From NCBI GenBank assembly GCA_040758355.1, contig JBFLWF010000008.1:34494-98493 (forward strand): a DNA stretch of 64,000 nucleotides, in the 5' to 3' direction. Both the position numbers and the translations under genes were made by a program. Positions 9,085-19,672 of this stretch are shown piece by piece. Under the pieces are notes generated by a model, which saw nothing but the letters and a program-made list of their open reading frames with translations, did no database searches and was not told the DNA's origin. Origin of the DNA: Nitrospirota bacterium (GTDB lineage Bacteria; Nitrospirota; Thermodesulfovibrionia; Thermodesulfovibrionales; Dissulfurispiraceae). Positions within the stretch are counted from its first letter, which is position 1, and the number at the start of each line of letters is the position of its first letter.

Positions 9085-9111
9085 CTACTTGGAGTAGTGG
9101 AGTGCACTCCA

Positions 9112-10131
9112 TCACTCCATTTGTAGTTTGTTTGTCACTTTCTTTATCTCTTCCAGTTTTTGTAAGGCCTTTTTGGAGTCTATGCTTTCTTCTGCAATCT
9201 CCCTTGCTGTCTTGAAGTCCTGTGCTATTCCTGCTACAACAATGGCTGCTGCGGAGTTCATGAGAACAATATCCCGCTTCGGCCCTTTCTCTCCATTTAG
9301 TATGGAGATTGTTATTCCTGCATTTTCATTTTTGCTGCCTCCTGCAAGATCCTTGCAGTCAGCCTTTTTAAAGCCGAAGTCCTCTGGCGTTATGTAAGAT
9401 GTCTCTACTTTCCCGTCTTTGTATCTCGAAACCCTTGTTCCGTCGCATACGGTTATCTCGTCCAATCCGTCCTCTCCGTGGACAACCATTGCATCAACAG
9501 CACCAAGATTTCCGAGCACCGATGCGAGGGGCTCGGTCAACCTGTCCGCAAATACCCCTAATATCTGGCGCTTTGCATTCGCAGGATTCGTAAGTGGGCC
9601 GAGGATATTGAATATTGTCCTTATGCCTATTTCCCTGCGCGGGCCGATGGCGAACTTCATTGCAGGATGGAACAATGGTGCAAAGAGAAAACCGAAGTTT
9701 GTCTCAAAAAGGCATTTCTCAACCTTTTCAGGGGGCAGTTCTATATTTACACCGAGGGCCTCAAGCACATCGGCGCTACCTGACTGGCTCGATACAGAGC
9801 GGTTGCCGTGCTTTGCAACAGGAACGCCAGATGCAGCAACAACAATGGCAGTGGTTGTCGAGATATTAAATGTTCCAGACATGTCTCCGCCTGTGCCGCA
9901 TGTGTCGATAACACCTTCAGGGGCATTGATCTTAGTTGCCTTCTCCCTCATTATCCTCGCAGCGGCTGTTATCTCTTCTATTGTTTCGCCCTTTATTCTT
10001 AAGGCTGTTAGGAATGCGCCTATCTGTGCGTCTGTTGCCCTGCCTTCCATTATCTCTGTCATGCACTCTGCCATTTCTGATTCAGAAAGGCTTATGTTCT
10101 GGATTATGATGCTTATGGCTTCCTTTATCAT
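9112..10131 (-). CDS. trpD: Anthranilate phosphoribosyltransferase
   Basis: DTCGTGGD, FNISTT, KHGNRSVSS. Confidence 0.96.
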   Translation of the reverse strand: MIKEAISIIIQNISLSESEMAECMTEIMEGRATDAQIGAFLTALRIKGETIEEITAAARIMREKATKINAPEGVIDTCGTGGDMSGTFNISTTTAIVVAASGVPVAKHGNRSVSSQSGSADVLEALGVNIELPPEKVEKCLFETNFGFLFAPLFHPAMKFAIGPRREIGIRTIFNILGPLTNPANAKRQILGVFADRLTEPLASVLGNLGAVDAMVVHGEDGLDEITVCDGTRVSRYKDGKVETSYITPEDFGFKKADCKDLAGGSKNENAGITISILNGEKGPKRDIVLMNSAAAIVVAGIAQDFKTAREIAEESIDSKKALQKLEEIKKVTNKLQME

Positions 10132-10731
10132 CTATCTTTCCCCTCTACGAGCCATCTGCAGTTTTATGAAATTCCTCAAAAGGTCTTTGCCTACAGTGGT
10201 GAGTATGGATTCGGGATGGAACTGTACGCCCTCTATTATGAACTCCTTGTGCCTTATCCCCATTATTATCCCGTTGTCTCTGTTTCCGTCGCTCCATGCG
10301 GTTATTTCAAGACAGTCCGGGATGGTCTCCCGCTTGATTACGAGCGAATGGTATCTTGTCGCTTCGAACGGATTGGGAAGTCCTTCAAATATTGTCTTGC
10401 CATCATGATATACGAGTGATGTCTTTCCGTGCATCAGATTTGGCGCCCTGACAATCTCTCCGCCAAAGGCAGCGCCGATGGACTGATGCCCGAGGCATAC
10501 GCCCAAAATTGGGATTTTGCCTGAGAAGTGTTTTATAACATCAATGGATATTCCTGCCTCTTTTGGCGTGCATGGCCCGGGAGATATGACAATCCTTTCT
10601 GGCTTCATTTTTTCTATGTCTTCAATGGTTATTTTATCGTTTCTGTATACCAGGACATCTTCGCCCAGCTCTCCAAGATACTGGACGAGGTTGTATGTGA
10701 AAGAGTCGTAGTTGTCTATCATCAAAAGCAT
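10132..10731 (-). CDS. trpG: Anthranilate synthase component II (glutamine amidotransferase)
   Basis: [28 protein letters not shown]; start at 10731 after GGAGG. Confidence 0.93.
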   Translation of the reverse strand: MLLMIDNYDSFTYNLVQYLGELGEDVLVYRNDKITIEDIEKMKPERIVISPGPCTPKEAGISIDVIKHFSGKIPILGVCLGHQSIGAAFGGEIVRAPNLMHGKTSLVYHDGKTIFEGLPNPFEATRYHSLVIKRETIPDCLEITAWSDGNRDNGIIMGIRHKEFIIEGVQFHPESILTTVGKDLLRNFIKLQMARRGER

Positions 10732-10741
10732 ATTGCCTCCC

Positions 10742-12250
10742 TTAATTCTTTTCAGGGGGTTTTCGCAAGGGGGATGGAATCCCACTTGCGTGCTCCACTG
10801 CCTTCATCATTGCCATTGCCTTGTTTAGTGTCTCCATGTATTCGTTCTCAGGCACAGAATCGGCAACTATGCCGGCTCCTGCCTGAACATATACCTTGCC
10901 ATCTTTTATAATAAGCGTCCTTATTGTGATGCATGTATCCATATTGCCTGAATATCCGAAATATCCCACTGCCCCTGCATATGCCCCTCTCTTTGTGGGT
11001 TCCAGTTCTTCTATGATCTCCATTGCCCTGACCTTCGGCGCTCCTGACACAGTGCCGGCAGGGAAACATGCCCTGAATACATCAAAGGCATCGAGACCCT
11101 TCTTAAGCCTGCCTTCCACATTCGAAACTATGTGCATCACGTGGCTGTAACGCTCTACAGTCATCAGCTCTGTAACATTTACAGAGCCTATCTCTGCGAC
11201 CCTTCCCACATCATTCCTGCCGAGGTCAACGAGCATTATATGCTCTGCGATTTCCTTCGGGTCTTTTTTCAAATCATCTTCAAGGGCTTTATCCTCTTCT
11301 TCGGTCTCCCCTCTTTTCCTTGTGCCTGCAATTGGCCTCAGAGTTATCTTATCGCCTTCAAGCCTCACAAGGATTTCTGGGGAAGAGCCGACGATCTGTG
11401 ATTCTCCTATGTCGAGGTAATACATATACGGCGAAGGGTTTATTATCCTGAGCGAGCGGTAAATGTCAAAAGGAGATGCGCTTGTCTGTTTCTCGAACCT
11501 CTGTGACAGGACTACCTGCACGACATCTCCTGACATTACATACTCCTTTGCCTTTTCAACGGCATTCAGAAAATCTTCCTTTGTAAAATTGGAAGAAAAG
11601 TTTTCTGTTTGGGCAAGAGGCGATAGACCATGGGCAATAGGTGCTGAGGAATAAGCCCCTTGCCTTAACTCGTCTATGATTTTATCTATCCTTGCCTCTG
11701 CCTCTGCATACGATTCTTTAATATCCTTTCCTTCTGTATGGGTGTTGCACACAACCTTTATCGTTTGCCTGAGATTGTCAAATATGAGGACTGTATCGGC
11801 AAGCATGAGGAATATATCGGGCATGTCGATCTCCGGCTTCGGGTTGTCAGGAACCCTCTCAAAGAACTTCACGACATCATATCCTATATATCCAACGAGT
11901 CCGCCTGAAAACCTCGGAAGTCCTTTTGTATCAACAGGTCTGAACTTTGAAAGGATGTCCTTTATGACGTTCAGAGGATCGCTGGTTTCTGTTTCTATGA
12001 CAACCCCTCCGTTTTTTATCTCCACTTTTTTGCCCCTGCATGTTATGGTCATCGAAGGCCCTATGCCTATGAAGGAGTATCTCGCCCATTTTTCGCCGCC
12101 CACAACGCTTTCGAGGAGAAATGACGGTTTTTTATTCAGCTTGAGAAAGGCGCTTACAGGGGTCTCCACATCCCCTGGTATCTCCTTGTAGACGGGGATC
12201 AGGTTGCCCTGTCTGGCTAACTCCTTAAATTCATTGAAATTCAAATTCAT
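10742..12250 (-). CDS. trpE: Anthranilate synthase component I
   Basis: [38 protein letters not shown]. Confidence 0.95.
   Translation of the reverse strand: MNLNFNEFKELARQGNLIPVYKEIPGDVETPVSAFLKLNKKPSFLLESVVGGEKWARYSFIGIGPSMTITCRGKKVEIKNGGVVIETETSDPLNVIKDILSKFRPVDTKGLPRFSGGLVGYIGYDVVKFFERVPDNPKPEIDMPDIFLMLADTVLIFDNLRQTIKVVCNTHTEGKDIKESYAEAEARIDKIIDELRQGAYSSAPIAHGLSPLAQTENFSSNFTKEDFLNAVEKAKEYVMSGDVVQVVLSQRFEKQTSASPFDIYRSLRIINPSPYMYYLDIGESQIVGSSPEILVRLEGDKITLRPIAGTRKRGETEEEDKALEDDLKKDPKEIAEHIMLVDLGRNDVGRVAEIGSVNVTELMTVERYSHVMHIVSNVEGRLKKGLDAFDVFRACFPAGTVSGAPKVRAMEIIEELEPTKRGAYAGAVGYFGYSGNMDTCITIRTLIIKDGKVYVQAGAGIVADSVPENEYMETLNKAMAMMKAVEHASGIPSPLRKPPEKN
10754..10790 (+). repeat. 37-bp REP-like hairpin, copy A (degenerate; in trpE 3' end)
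   Basis: AGGGGGTTTTCGCAAGGGGGATGGAATCCCACTTGCG, similar to 48267 and 55090. Confidence 0.7.
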
Positions 12251-12339
12251 TTTTTTATTTTAATGGAATCGTGTGTTTTTAGCAATTGATTTGACATAGT
12301 TCACATGATTATGATAAGTTTTTCTGTTATCAATTAATT

Positions 12340-12415
12340 GCGGGTGTAGCTCAGTTGGTAGAGCACAACCTTGCCAAGGTTGGGGTCGCGGGTTCGAATC
12401 CCGTCGCCCGCTCCA
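12340..12415 (+). tRNA. tRNA-Gly(GCC)
   Basis: Cloverleaf, anticodon loop TTGCCAA, GTTCGAATC T-loop, CCA end. Confidence 0.97.
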
Positions 12416-12508
12416 TGAAATCTAAGATGACAGAATACAGATTTCAAAATCAAAAATAAATAATTTAAAGTCTGTCTTCTGATAGACTGGCTTCTATGTT
12501 CTGATAAT

Positions 12509-12584
12509 GGCGGCGTACCCAAGTGGCTAAGGGAGAGGTCTGCAAAACCTCGATGCAGCGGTTCGAATCCGCTCGCCGCCTCCA
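12509..12584 (+). tRNA. tRNA-Cys(GCA)
   Basis: Anticodon loop CTGCAAA, GTTCGAATC, U73 discriminator then CCA. Confidence 0.96.
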
Positions 12585-12587
12585 GAA

Positions 12588-13319
12588 TTAATACCTCATT
12601 ATCTCCAGATAATCCCTGAAGTCCATCTCTTCTTCTCCCTTTGCAGTGAGAAGTCTTTGTTTTATTTCCTCTATGAATTTCTTCCTGTCACCTTTATAGG
12701 CCGGGTCTATTTCTATTGCCCGTGCAATTATTGCCGCAGCATCTCCATATCTGCTTCCCCTGTTATAGGCGAGTGCAAGCCCGTAATACGGCAATGCAAA
12801 GAGGGGAGACCTCTTTATGGAATCCTTGAATGCATTTATGGCGGGCTCGTATTGCCCCACCCTGTAATAAGAAATGCCGAGATTGTAGAATGCCGTTTCA
12901 GGCGTTCTGTACAGTGGATTTAATAATGCCCTTTTAAATGCATCTATCGCCTCTGTCCACTGCCTCCTCTTTGAATATGTTACACCAAGATTGTTGTATG
13001 CCTCTGAAAATTCGGAATCGATGGATACTGCCCTTAGAAACAGGTCCTTTGCCTTTTCGAGTTCATCCAGTTGGAGGTAGACGAGTCCAAGGCTGTTAAG
13101 GGTCTCTTTATTGTCGGGGTTGAGCTGATATGCCTTCTGAAGCTCCACAAATGCCATCTGGATATTGCCCTCATTCAGGTGGGAAATGCCCATTTTATAA
13201 TGGAACTCGGCTTCCTTTCGCTCCTCCACAGGAACAGTGACGCAGCCGATCAATACAGTAGTTAGTAGCAAGTAGCCAGTAGCCAGCAAAATAGTAACGA
13301 GTTTTTTCATTTTCTCCAT
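12588..13319 (-). CDS. TPR lipoprotein, PilF/PilW-like
   Basis: Lipobox LIGC, several TPR repeats (AYNNLGV, AFYNLGI), NPLY.TPE motif. Confidence 0.75.
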   Translation of the reverse strand: MEKMKKLVTILLATGYLLLTTVLIGCVTVPVEERKEAEFHYKMGISHLNEGNIQMAFVELQKAYQLNPDNKETLNSLGLVYLQLDELEKAKDLFLRAVSIDSEFSEAYNNLGVTYSKRRQWTEAIDAFKRALLNPLYRTPETAFYNLGISYYRVGQYEPAINAFKDSIKRSPLFALPYYGLALAYNRGSRYGDAAAIIARAIEIDPAYKGDRKKFIEEIKQRLLTAKGEEEMDFRDYLEIMRY

Positions 13320-13325
13320 GCCCTT

Positions 13326-13424
13326 TGGTTTAGCTATTCTAATTTAGAAAATATATGTCAGGTGCGGCGAAAAGAGGAGTCTTTGAGCCGTGCCTGACAT
13401 ATAAAATTGCTCAATTCAGTTTAA
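13326..13424 (-). repeat. ~100-bp nested-palindrome dispersed element, copy 1
   Basis: TATATGTCAGG...CCTGACATATA stem; core identical to reverse complement of the copy at 55930. Confidence 0.85.
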
Positions 13425-13425
13425 A

Positions 13426-16400
13426 TTATTTTGACAATCTTGTCCATAAGGACTGCAGTGTCTCCTCGACCTTTGTTATTCTGTCTTTTGACGGTATCAC
13501 CTGCGTATCAAATTCAAAACCGTCCGGCAGGAAACGAATCCCCCTCTCTTTCTTCTGCAGTTCAAACAATGTCTTTAAGAGTTTATCAAAAAAGTTTTCA
13601 GGAATTTTATATTTATCCTCTGCATCGGAGACAAAGAAAAACCTGTATCTGCCGTCTATATCAGAAACCGTAGAGATATATAAGAGCCTCGACAATATTT
13701 TTACCTCTATGACATGCATTAGATTATTCACCTCTTCTGGCATGCTGCCGAATCTGTCGAGGAGTTCTTCTTTTAACTCTGTCAGGGCATTCAGGGATTT
13801 TACCGACGATATTCTCCTGTAAATGCTCAATCTCAAGGCGATGTCCGGTATGTAGTCCTCGGGTATAAATGCAGAAAGCCTCAGTCTTATCTGGGGTTCT
13901 ATTTCTTCCTTTATCTCTTCTCCCTTGAGTTCTGAGACAGCCTTCTCCAGCATCTCCATGTACATGTCGAATCCGACCCTATAGATATGCCCTGACTGCT
14001 CTGCACCGAGGAGATTTCCTGCCCCTCTTATTTCGAGATCTTTTAGCGCAAGCCTGAAACCTGCGCCGAGATAGCTCATTTCCTGTATTGCCTGAAGCCT
14101 CTTTTTTGCATCATCTGTAATGATGTCTTCTCCTGGTATCAGGAAGTATGCATATGCCTGTGTGTTTCCCCTTCCGACCCTTCCCCTGAGCTGGTAGAGG
14201 TCTGACAGTCCGAACGTATCCGCCCTGTCAACGATTATTGTGTTGGCTGTTGTAATGTCGAGGCCTGCACCGATTATTGCAGTGCATACGAGGACATCTG
14301 TTTCTTTATTCAGAAAGCCCAGCATAATCCTTTCGAGATCTACCTCCCTCATCTGTCCATGGGCTGTTGCGATCCTCGCATCTGGAACCAGTTTTTTGAT
14401 ATGGACGGATATTTTTTCTATATCTTTTATCCTGTTGTGGACAAAAAATATCTGTCCGTTCCTCTGCATTTCCCTTTCTATTGCCTCTTTTATTGTCCTG
14501 TCATTGAATGTTGTAACAGTGCTTCTCACCGAGAGCCTTTCTTCTGGAGGCGTCTCTATGGTGCACATTTCCCTTATCCCTGACAGGGACATATGCAGCG
14601 TCCTCGGAATCGGCGTTGCTGTGAGTGTGAGGATATCGACGCCCTTTTTGAGCTCTTTCAGCCTCTCCTTTTGGGCAACTCCGAACCTGTGCTCTTCGTC
14701 TATAATCAGAAGGCCGAGGTCGTGGAACTGGACTTTTTTGTTCAAGAGCATATGCGTCCCTATAACTATGTCGACCTCTCCTTTTGCAATTGCCGTAATG
14801 GAGTTGTTCAAATCACCTTTATTTTTAAATCTGCTGAGATAATCTATCCTTACAGGGAATCCCGAAAACCTTGCCTTGAATGTCCTGAAATGCTGCTCTG
14901 CAAGCAATGTTGTTGGGACAAGCACAGCCGCCTGCTTTCCGTCATAGACAGCCCTGAATGCAGCCCTGACAGCCACTTCTGTTTTCCCGTATCCAACATC
15001 TCCGCAGAGGAGCATATCCATTGGCATTTCTGAATGCATATGCCTTTTTATCTCTTCTATGGACTTTGTCTGGTCCGGTGTTTCTTCGTAAGGAAAGAAA
15101 TCATCGAATTCCCTGTGCATGGGAGTGTCCTCGCTGAATTTATAGCCCCTTGCAATCCTCCTCTCAGCATACAGTTTCAGGAGTTTTTCTGCCATCTCCC
15201 TGATCCCCTTCTTTACCTTCTGTTTTGTCCTGATCCATGCCTTGCCGCCGAGTTTTTCGAGGGATGGGATGTGTCCTTCTGCAGCGCTGTATTTCTGCAG
15301 CCTGTCTATGCTGTGAAACGGGACATATAACCTGCCGTTTGCATACTCGATGGTTATTAAATCCTGTTCATAATCTTCTGTCCTCTGCCTCTGCAATCCG
15401 GCGAACCTTCCTATGCCATGGTCTTTGTGCACAACGAAATCGCCGGGTTTTAAATCATCGATGCTGAGGAGGAGCCTCGAGACCTTTGATTTTTTAATGG
15501 GCCTGTATGAGGGTCTTTCGCCAAAGATTTCCCTGTCAGTTACTATCAGGAGTTCAGGAAGATTTATTCCTGAAGACAGCCTGCCTGTGGTTATGCAAAA
15601 TATTCCTTCATAGGATTTTAAGTCCTGCCTGTCTATTATTGGCGCTACAATGCCGCCATCCGACATAATCTCTCTGAGGCGCTCTGCCTGAGCCTTTGAA
15701 GACATTGCGGAGATAACCTGTTTGTCTGCTTTTTTTAATACATCAGGAATATCATTTATGCCCTTACGTTCTTCTAAAAGTATCCCTGTCCCCTTGATTG
15801 CCATTTCGCCCGAATCGATACCTTCACCAACAAAGGGGAGATGCGAAATGAGAATGGATTTTTGGAGTGATGGAGTAATGGAGTGATGATCGACAACAAA
15901 GACATCGAAATCTCTTAAGCCGGTTAAATCGTCTATCAGATCATGTGTCGGCTCTCCTTCTTCTGCAGGGAAAATTTCTATATCATTTATCTCTTTTATC
16001 GACCTCTGTGTTTCGATGTCGAATGTCCTTATGAGGTCTATCTCGTCTCCGAAAAACTCAACTCTCACAGGAGAGGCTTCAATTGCAGGATATATATCAA
16101 AGAGCCATCCCCTCTGGCTGTATTCACCCTTTTCCATCACAACGCTCACATTTCTGTAGCCATGGGATGTGAGCCATGTCTCCAATTTTCCCCTCCCGAT
16201 TTCAATTCCTTTTTTAAGGGCTAAAATGCTGCTTTCTATATCCGAGATGCTGAAACCGGTCTGGTATGCGCCTTTTGAGGTTATTATTGACTGCTGACTG
16301 CTGACTGCTGACTGCCGTATTTTATATAGTGCCTTTGCCCTTTCTCCAATGGCTTCTGGACCGGATGGGGGAGGAAAATAGGCGATTGCTGATTGCTGAT

Positions 16401-16614
16401 TGCTGATTGCTGAATTTAAAAACAGAAAGTCATTATAAAGCATTGATGCGGACTCGTCAGAATCTTCGACTACGATAAACGGTTTTTCATTAAATAAGAG
16501 CAGCAATGCGAGGTGGGAGATGGAGATATTGTAAATCCTTTTTGTCTCGCTGATTTTCAGACGCTCGTATGTTTGTTCTGCATGGCTTTTTAATAAATGA
16601 AATACATTAGGCAT
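13426..16614 (-). CDS. mfd: Transcription-repair coupling factor
   Basis: CarD-like VVH.DHGIG, CGDVGYGKTEVA, DEEHRFG, QLRGRVGR, TRCF C-terminal domain. Confidence 0.96.
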   Translation of the reverse strand: MPNVFHLLKSHAEQTYERLKISETKRIYNISISHLALLLLFNEKPFIVVEDSDESASMLYNDFLFLNSAISNQQSAIAYFPPPSGPEAIGERAKALYKIRQSAVSSQQSIITSKGAYQTGFSISDIESSILALKKGIEIGRGKLETWLTSHGYRNVSVVMEKGEYSQRGWLFDIYPAIEASPVRVEFFGDEIDLIRTFDIETQRSIKEINDIEIFPAEEGEPTHDLIDDLTGLRDFDVFVVDHHSITPSLQKSILISHLPFVGEGIDSGEMAIKGTGILLEERKGINDIPDVLKKADKQVISAMSSKAQAERLREIMSDGGIVAPIIDRQDLKSYEGIFCITTGRLSSGINLPELLIVTDREIFGERPSYRPIKKSKVSRLLLSIDDLKPGDFVVHKDHGIGRFAGLQRQRTEDYEQDLITIEYANGRLYVPFHSIDRLQKYSAAEGHIPSLEKLGGKAWIRTKQKVKKGIREMAEKLLKLYAERRIARGYKFSEDTPMHREFDDFFPYEETPDQTKSIEEIKRHMHSEMPMDMLLCGDVGYGKTEVAVRAAFRAVYDGKQAAVLVPTTLLAEQHFRTFKARFSGFPVRIDYLSRFKNKGDLNNSITAIAKGEVDIVIGTHMLLNKKVQFHDLGLLIIDEEHRFGVAQKERLKELKKGVDILTLTATPIPRTLHMSLSGIREMCTIETPPEERLSVRSTVTTFNDRTIKEAIEREMQRNGQIFFVHNRIKDIEKISVHIKKLVPDARIATAHGQMREVDLERIMLGFLNKETDVLVCTAIIGAGLDITTANTIIVDRADTFGLSDLYQLRGRVGRGNTQAYAYFLIPGEDIITDDAKKRLQAIQEMSYLGAGFRLALKDLEIRGAGNLLGAEQSGHIYRVGFDMYMEMLEKAVSELKGEEIKEEIEPQIRLRLSAFIPEDYIPDIALRLSIYRRISSVKSLNALTELKEELLDRFGSMPEEVNNLMHVIEVKILSRLLYISTVSDIDGRYRFFFVSDAEDKYKIPENFFDKLLKTLFELQKKERGIRFLPDGFEFDTQVIPSKDRITKVEETLQSLWTRLSK

Positions 16615-16651
16615 GGTTTTATTTTAACTCAAATCTTATATAATATTTCCT

Positions 16652-17359
16652 ATGCTTATACTTATGCTGTCGTTTGCCTTTTATCTCTTTGCAACATGGG
16701 AAAGGCATTTCTTATATATCGGTCTTATATTTCAAATCGCCTATCTGATTATGCGTGGGCTTCAACTGGAAAGGCTTCCCCTTGTAGGACCCCACGATAC
16801 AATTACCTTTCTCTCGGCATCTGTCGTGGCATTCTCAATCCCGTTCAATGTTGTATTAAAAAGGCGTCAATTTCAGAGCATCATCGCAGTAATGGGTTCG
16901 GTCTTCACTGCATTTGCCCTCGTATCAAAACAGCATAATGCACCCCTTCCGCCTGTTTTAAGGACATTGTGGTTCGAATCCCATGTTGTTCTGGCGTTTC
17001 TCTCTTATGCACTTTTCGGCATTGCGGCTGTTTTGAGCGTACTTTTCTTAAAGGAGCGGGACAACTCTTTTGACGGTCTTCAATACAGGGCAGTGCTTAT
17101 GGGCTATTGCCTGTTCTCGATATCAATGATATTCGGCGGCATATGGGCATATCTTGCATGGGGGACTTACTGGCTATGGACTCCAAAGGAGCTCTGGACA
17201 ACAATTCTATGGCTGTTTTACAGCCTTTATCTGCATGCGAGACTGAGGCAGTGGTGGATGGGTAAGCCGATGGCTGTTTTGGGTATTGTCGGCTTTGTTG
17301 TCGTATTGTTCACTTATCTCGGCGTGAGCCTTCTGATGAAAAGCTCACATAGTTTCTGA
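16652..17359 (+). CDS. ccsA: Cytochrome c biogenesis protein CcsA/ResC
   Basis: WWD-like motif GGIWAYLAWGTYWLWTPKE, YLHAR, C-terminal HSF. Confidence 0.88.
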   Translation: MLILMLSFAFYLFATWERHFLYIGLIFQIAYLIMRGLQLERLPLVGPHDTITFLSASVVAFSIPFNVVLKRRQFQSIIAVMGSVFTAFALVSKQHNAPLPPVLRTLWFESHVVLAFLSYALFGIAAVLSVLFLKERDNSFDGLQYRAVLMGYCLFSISMIFGGIWAYLAWGTYWLWTPKELWTTILWLFYSLYLHARLRQWWMGKPMAVLGIVGFVVVLFTYLGVSLLMKSSHSF

Positions 17360-17369
17360 GACATTAAAT

Positions 17370-18080
17370 ATGATAAAAATTCTTCTATCCATAAGAACAA
17401 CCATATGGCTGCTCTGGTTTCTCATGGCCGTGCTCTTTGCAGGCGCATTTATAATGCCTGCAAGAGAAGAATTTCAGGCCATTCACTCGATGCCGCTTTT
17501 TGATTGGATGAAGGTGCAGCCCATAAGTGTGACGTGGTGGCTGTGGTGCTCAATCATTATCCTTGCGATTCTCACAATCAATACTGTTTTTTGCAGTATT
17601 GAATCCATTATAAAAAAGAGAAAGGCAACACAATGGCTTTTACTGATATCACCTCAGATAATACATATCGGTTTTCTATTTATGCTCCTTGCCCATCTCT
17701 TGAGTTCTACAGGAGGCTTTAAGGGGGTTGCAGTTGCAAGGGAAGGGGCATTTTTGAAAATGCCGGATGATGACATAACATTGAATGTTAAAGCTATAAA
17801 CATAGATGTTGATCAATACGGATACATAAATGACTGGGAAGTGAATGTGGAATATATTTCAGGGCAGAACAAAATCCTTAAAGACAGGATAAAACCTAAT
17901 GCACCCTCTCTAAAGGAGGGATTCAATATCAATGTGAAGGATCTTCAGGCATTCCCTGAGAAAGCAGTTCTTCTTCAGGTAAGCAGGGAACCGGGAGCCT
18001 TGTGGGCATTAATCGGCGGAATATTATTTATGGCAGGCATCATTATTCTCATTGTACTTAAGGTAAAGATGGAGAAATAG
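17370..18080 (+). CDS. Short ResB/Ccs1-like cytochrome c biogenesis membrane protein
   Basis: N...CS motif, IIHIGFL, QVSREPG before final TM; next to ccsA. Confidence 0.7.
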   Translation: MIKILLSIRTTIWLLWFLMAVLFAGAFIMPAREEFQAIHSMPLFDWMKVQPISVTWWLWCSIIILAILTINTVFCSIESIIKKRKATQWLLLISPQIIHIGFLFMLLAHLLSSTGGFKGVAVAREGAFLKMPDDDITLNVKAINIDVDQYGYINDWEVNVEYISGQNKILKDRIKPNAPSLKEGFNINVKDLQAFPEKAVLLQVSREPGALWALIGGILFMAGIIILIVLKVKMEK

Positions 18081-18129
18081 TATGATATAACTCATAGATT
18101 AGGAAAATAGAATCCAGTATTATAAAAAC

Positions 18130-18621
18130 ATGAAACCATCCATACCGGAAATAGGGACAGTGATAAGGCTGCAGGGAGACATTGCTACTGTTATGCTAAA
18201 AGGCGGGGAGTCATGCAAGGGCTGCGGCCAGGCAAAGATTGGCCTTTGCAAGGCAGGAGGGACTACAATGATGCTCACTGTGAAAAACCCCATCGATGCA
18301 AAAATTGGAGACAGCGTTACCGTGGGAATAGACAAAGGAATTAAGACAAAGGGCTATTTCCTTGCTTTTATTATCCCTCTGCTTTCTCTTATCTTCGGCG
18401 CATTGGCAGGGCATATCGTCGGCAAACACCTTTCAATACCATCCCTTGAGGTTATGGCCGGATTTATAACCCTCTTGCTTGTATCCTTTTTCTCCTTCAG
18501 AAGGTTAAAGATCCTCGATTCATCTTCATCTATGGCAATAAAGTCTGTTATATCCGACAACAGGTTTTCAGAGTCCATAGAATCTGACGAAATGAGAAGG
18601 TATTCCGAATATTTGGTTTAA
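18130..18621 (+). CDS. RseC/MucC family protein
   Basis: CKGC...C, GD.V.VGI, two C-terminal TM helices. Confidence 0.8.
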   Translation: MKPSIPEIGTVIRLQGDIATVMLKGGESCKGCGQAKIGLCKAGGTTMMLTVKNPIDAKIGDSVTVGIDKGIKTKGYFLAFIIPLLSLIFGALAGHIVGKHLSIPSLEVMAGFITLLLVSFFSFRRLKILDSSSSMAIKSVISDNRFSESIESDEMRRYSEYLV

Positions 18622-18622
18622 A

Positions 18623-18937
18623 TTACTCCACCGGCGTTACAACTGCCATTACAACGAGCCTTTCGCCCTTATCAGCCCTGAAGCCGTGAGGAACCAACGG
18701 GTCGCAGAGTATGGCAGTCTTTTCATCCGCAACGATCTCCTCGTCTCCGACGATAAATGTCCCCTTGCCTTCAACGCAGTACATCATCAACCTTAACGGC
18801 GCCTTGTGAGGCTGCAATGCCTGCCCTGCCTCAAGGCACATCAATGCAACACGCATCTCGGGCTTGTCAGAAAGCATTTCCCTTGAGATCTTGTCAGGGT
18901 AAAATTTTATAAGCTTTTTAAGATCGATTACTTCCAT
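18623..18937 (-). CDS. Cupin domain protein
   Basis: GQ.L.PH, VEGKG, PHGF cupin motifs. Confidence 0.85.
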   Translation of the reverse strand: MEVIDLKKLIKFYPDKISREMLSDKPEMRVALMCLEAGQALQPHKAPLRLMMYCVEGKGTFIVGDEEIVADEKTAILCDPLVPHGFRADKGERLVVMAVVTPVE

Positions 18938-18994
18938 AGAATCCTCCTCTTTAAGTTGTTTTTATAAATTTAGCATTGAATAGATCATAAAACA

Positions 18995-19039
18995 ATGATA
19001 TTCATCATAATGCCTAAAGATTTTTATGATTTAAATCAT
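18995..19039. promoter_or_regulatory. Two Crp/Fnr-like palindromes ATGAT-N4-ATCAT in divergent intergenic region
   Basis: ATGATATTCATCAT (18995-19008) and ATGATTTAAATCAT (19026-19039). Confidence 0.55.
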
Positions 19040-19087
19040 GGTGCTATAATTTGATTATATCTATATTAAAAACTAAGGAAGGTTTTT

Positions 19088-19672
19088 ATGGATAACACAC
19101 AGAGAGATTATGAGATTTCAGATGAAGACCTCAGGGCTGCCCTCAAGGAAATAAAGACATACGTGGATATTACCGAGGAAGACCTGAAGAAGATTTATTC
19201 CATCGCCTTAAGGCATGCAAAGGAAAGGCTCGCCTCCAAAATCCCTGTCAGTGATGTAATGACGAAAAATGTGATAACTGTTAAAAAGGATGCGGATATT
19301 CATGAAGTATCAAGACTCCTTTCAGAAAATAAAGTCAGCGGTCTGCCTGTTGTGGATGACGAAAATCACGTTATCGGTGTTGTTACAGAGGCGGATGTCC
19401 TTTCTATGACTGGAATGAAGCACGGGCACACATTTAAGGACATCATAAGGCATATCCTTGGAGAGCCTCTGCCGGAGCGAAAGGCTGGCAGCAGGGTGGA
19501 AGATGTGATGACATCTCCTGCAATAACAACAAAACCTGATGCAGATATAAGGGAAGTGGCAAGGATTCTTGATGAAAGGAGGATCAAGCGACTTCCTGTA
19601 GTGAATGAAGAAAACAAACTCATAGGAATAATCTCGAGGGCAGACATAGTTAGAGCAACAGGAAAAAAATGA
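19088..19672 (+). CDS. CBS domain pair protein
   Basis: VSDVMT, SGLPVVD, IKRLPVV, GIISRADI. Confidence 0.9.
   Translation: MDNTQRDYEISDEDLRAALKEIKTYVDITEEDLKKIYSIALRHAKERLASKIPVSDVMTKNVITVKKDADIHEVSRLLSENKVSGLPVVDDENHVIGVVTEADVLSMTGMKHGHTFKDIIRHILGEPLPERKAGSRVEDVMTSPAITTKPDADIREVARILDERRIKRLPVVNEENKLIGIISRADIVRATGKK

Noticed and set aside
9419..12191. Long plus-strand ORFs over trpD/trpE (and similar shadows over groL, mfd, pst, che)
   Set aside because: Antisense to well-supported genes and without recognisable motifs.
12340..12584. tRNA-anchored prophage or island
   Set aside because: No integrase and no duplicated tRNA 3' end seen in the window.
13355..13822. ORFs 13355-13822 and 55949-56140 as a small protein family
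   Set aside because: Their similarity comes from starting within the palindromic repeat; they overlap real genes.
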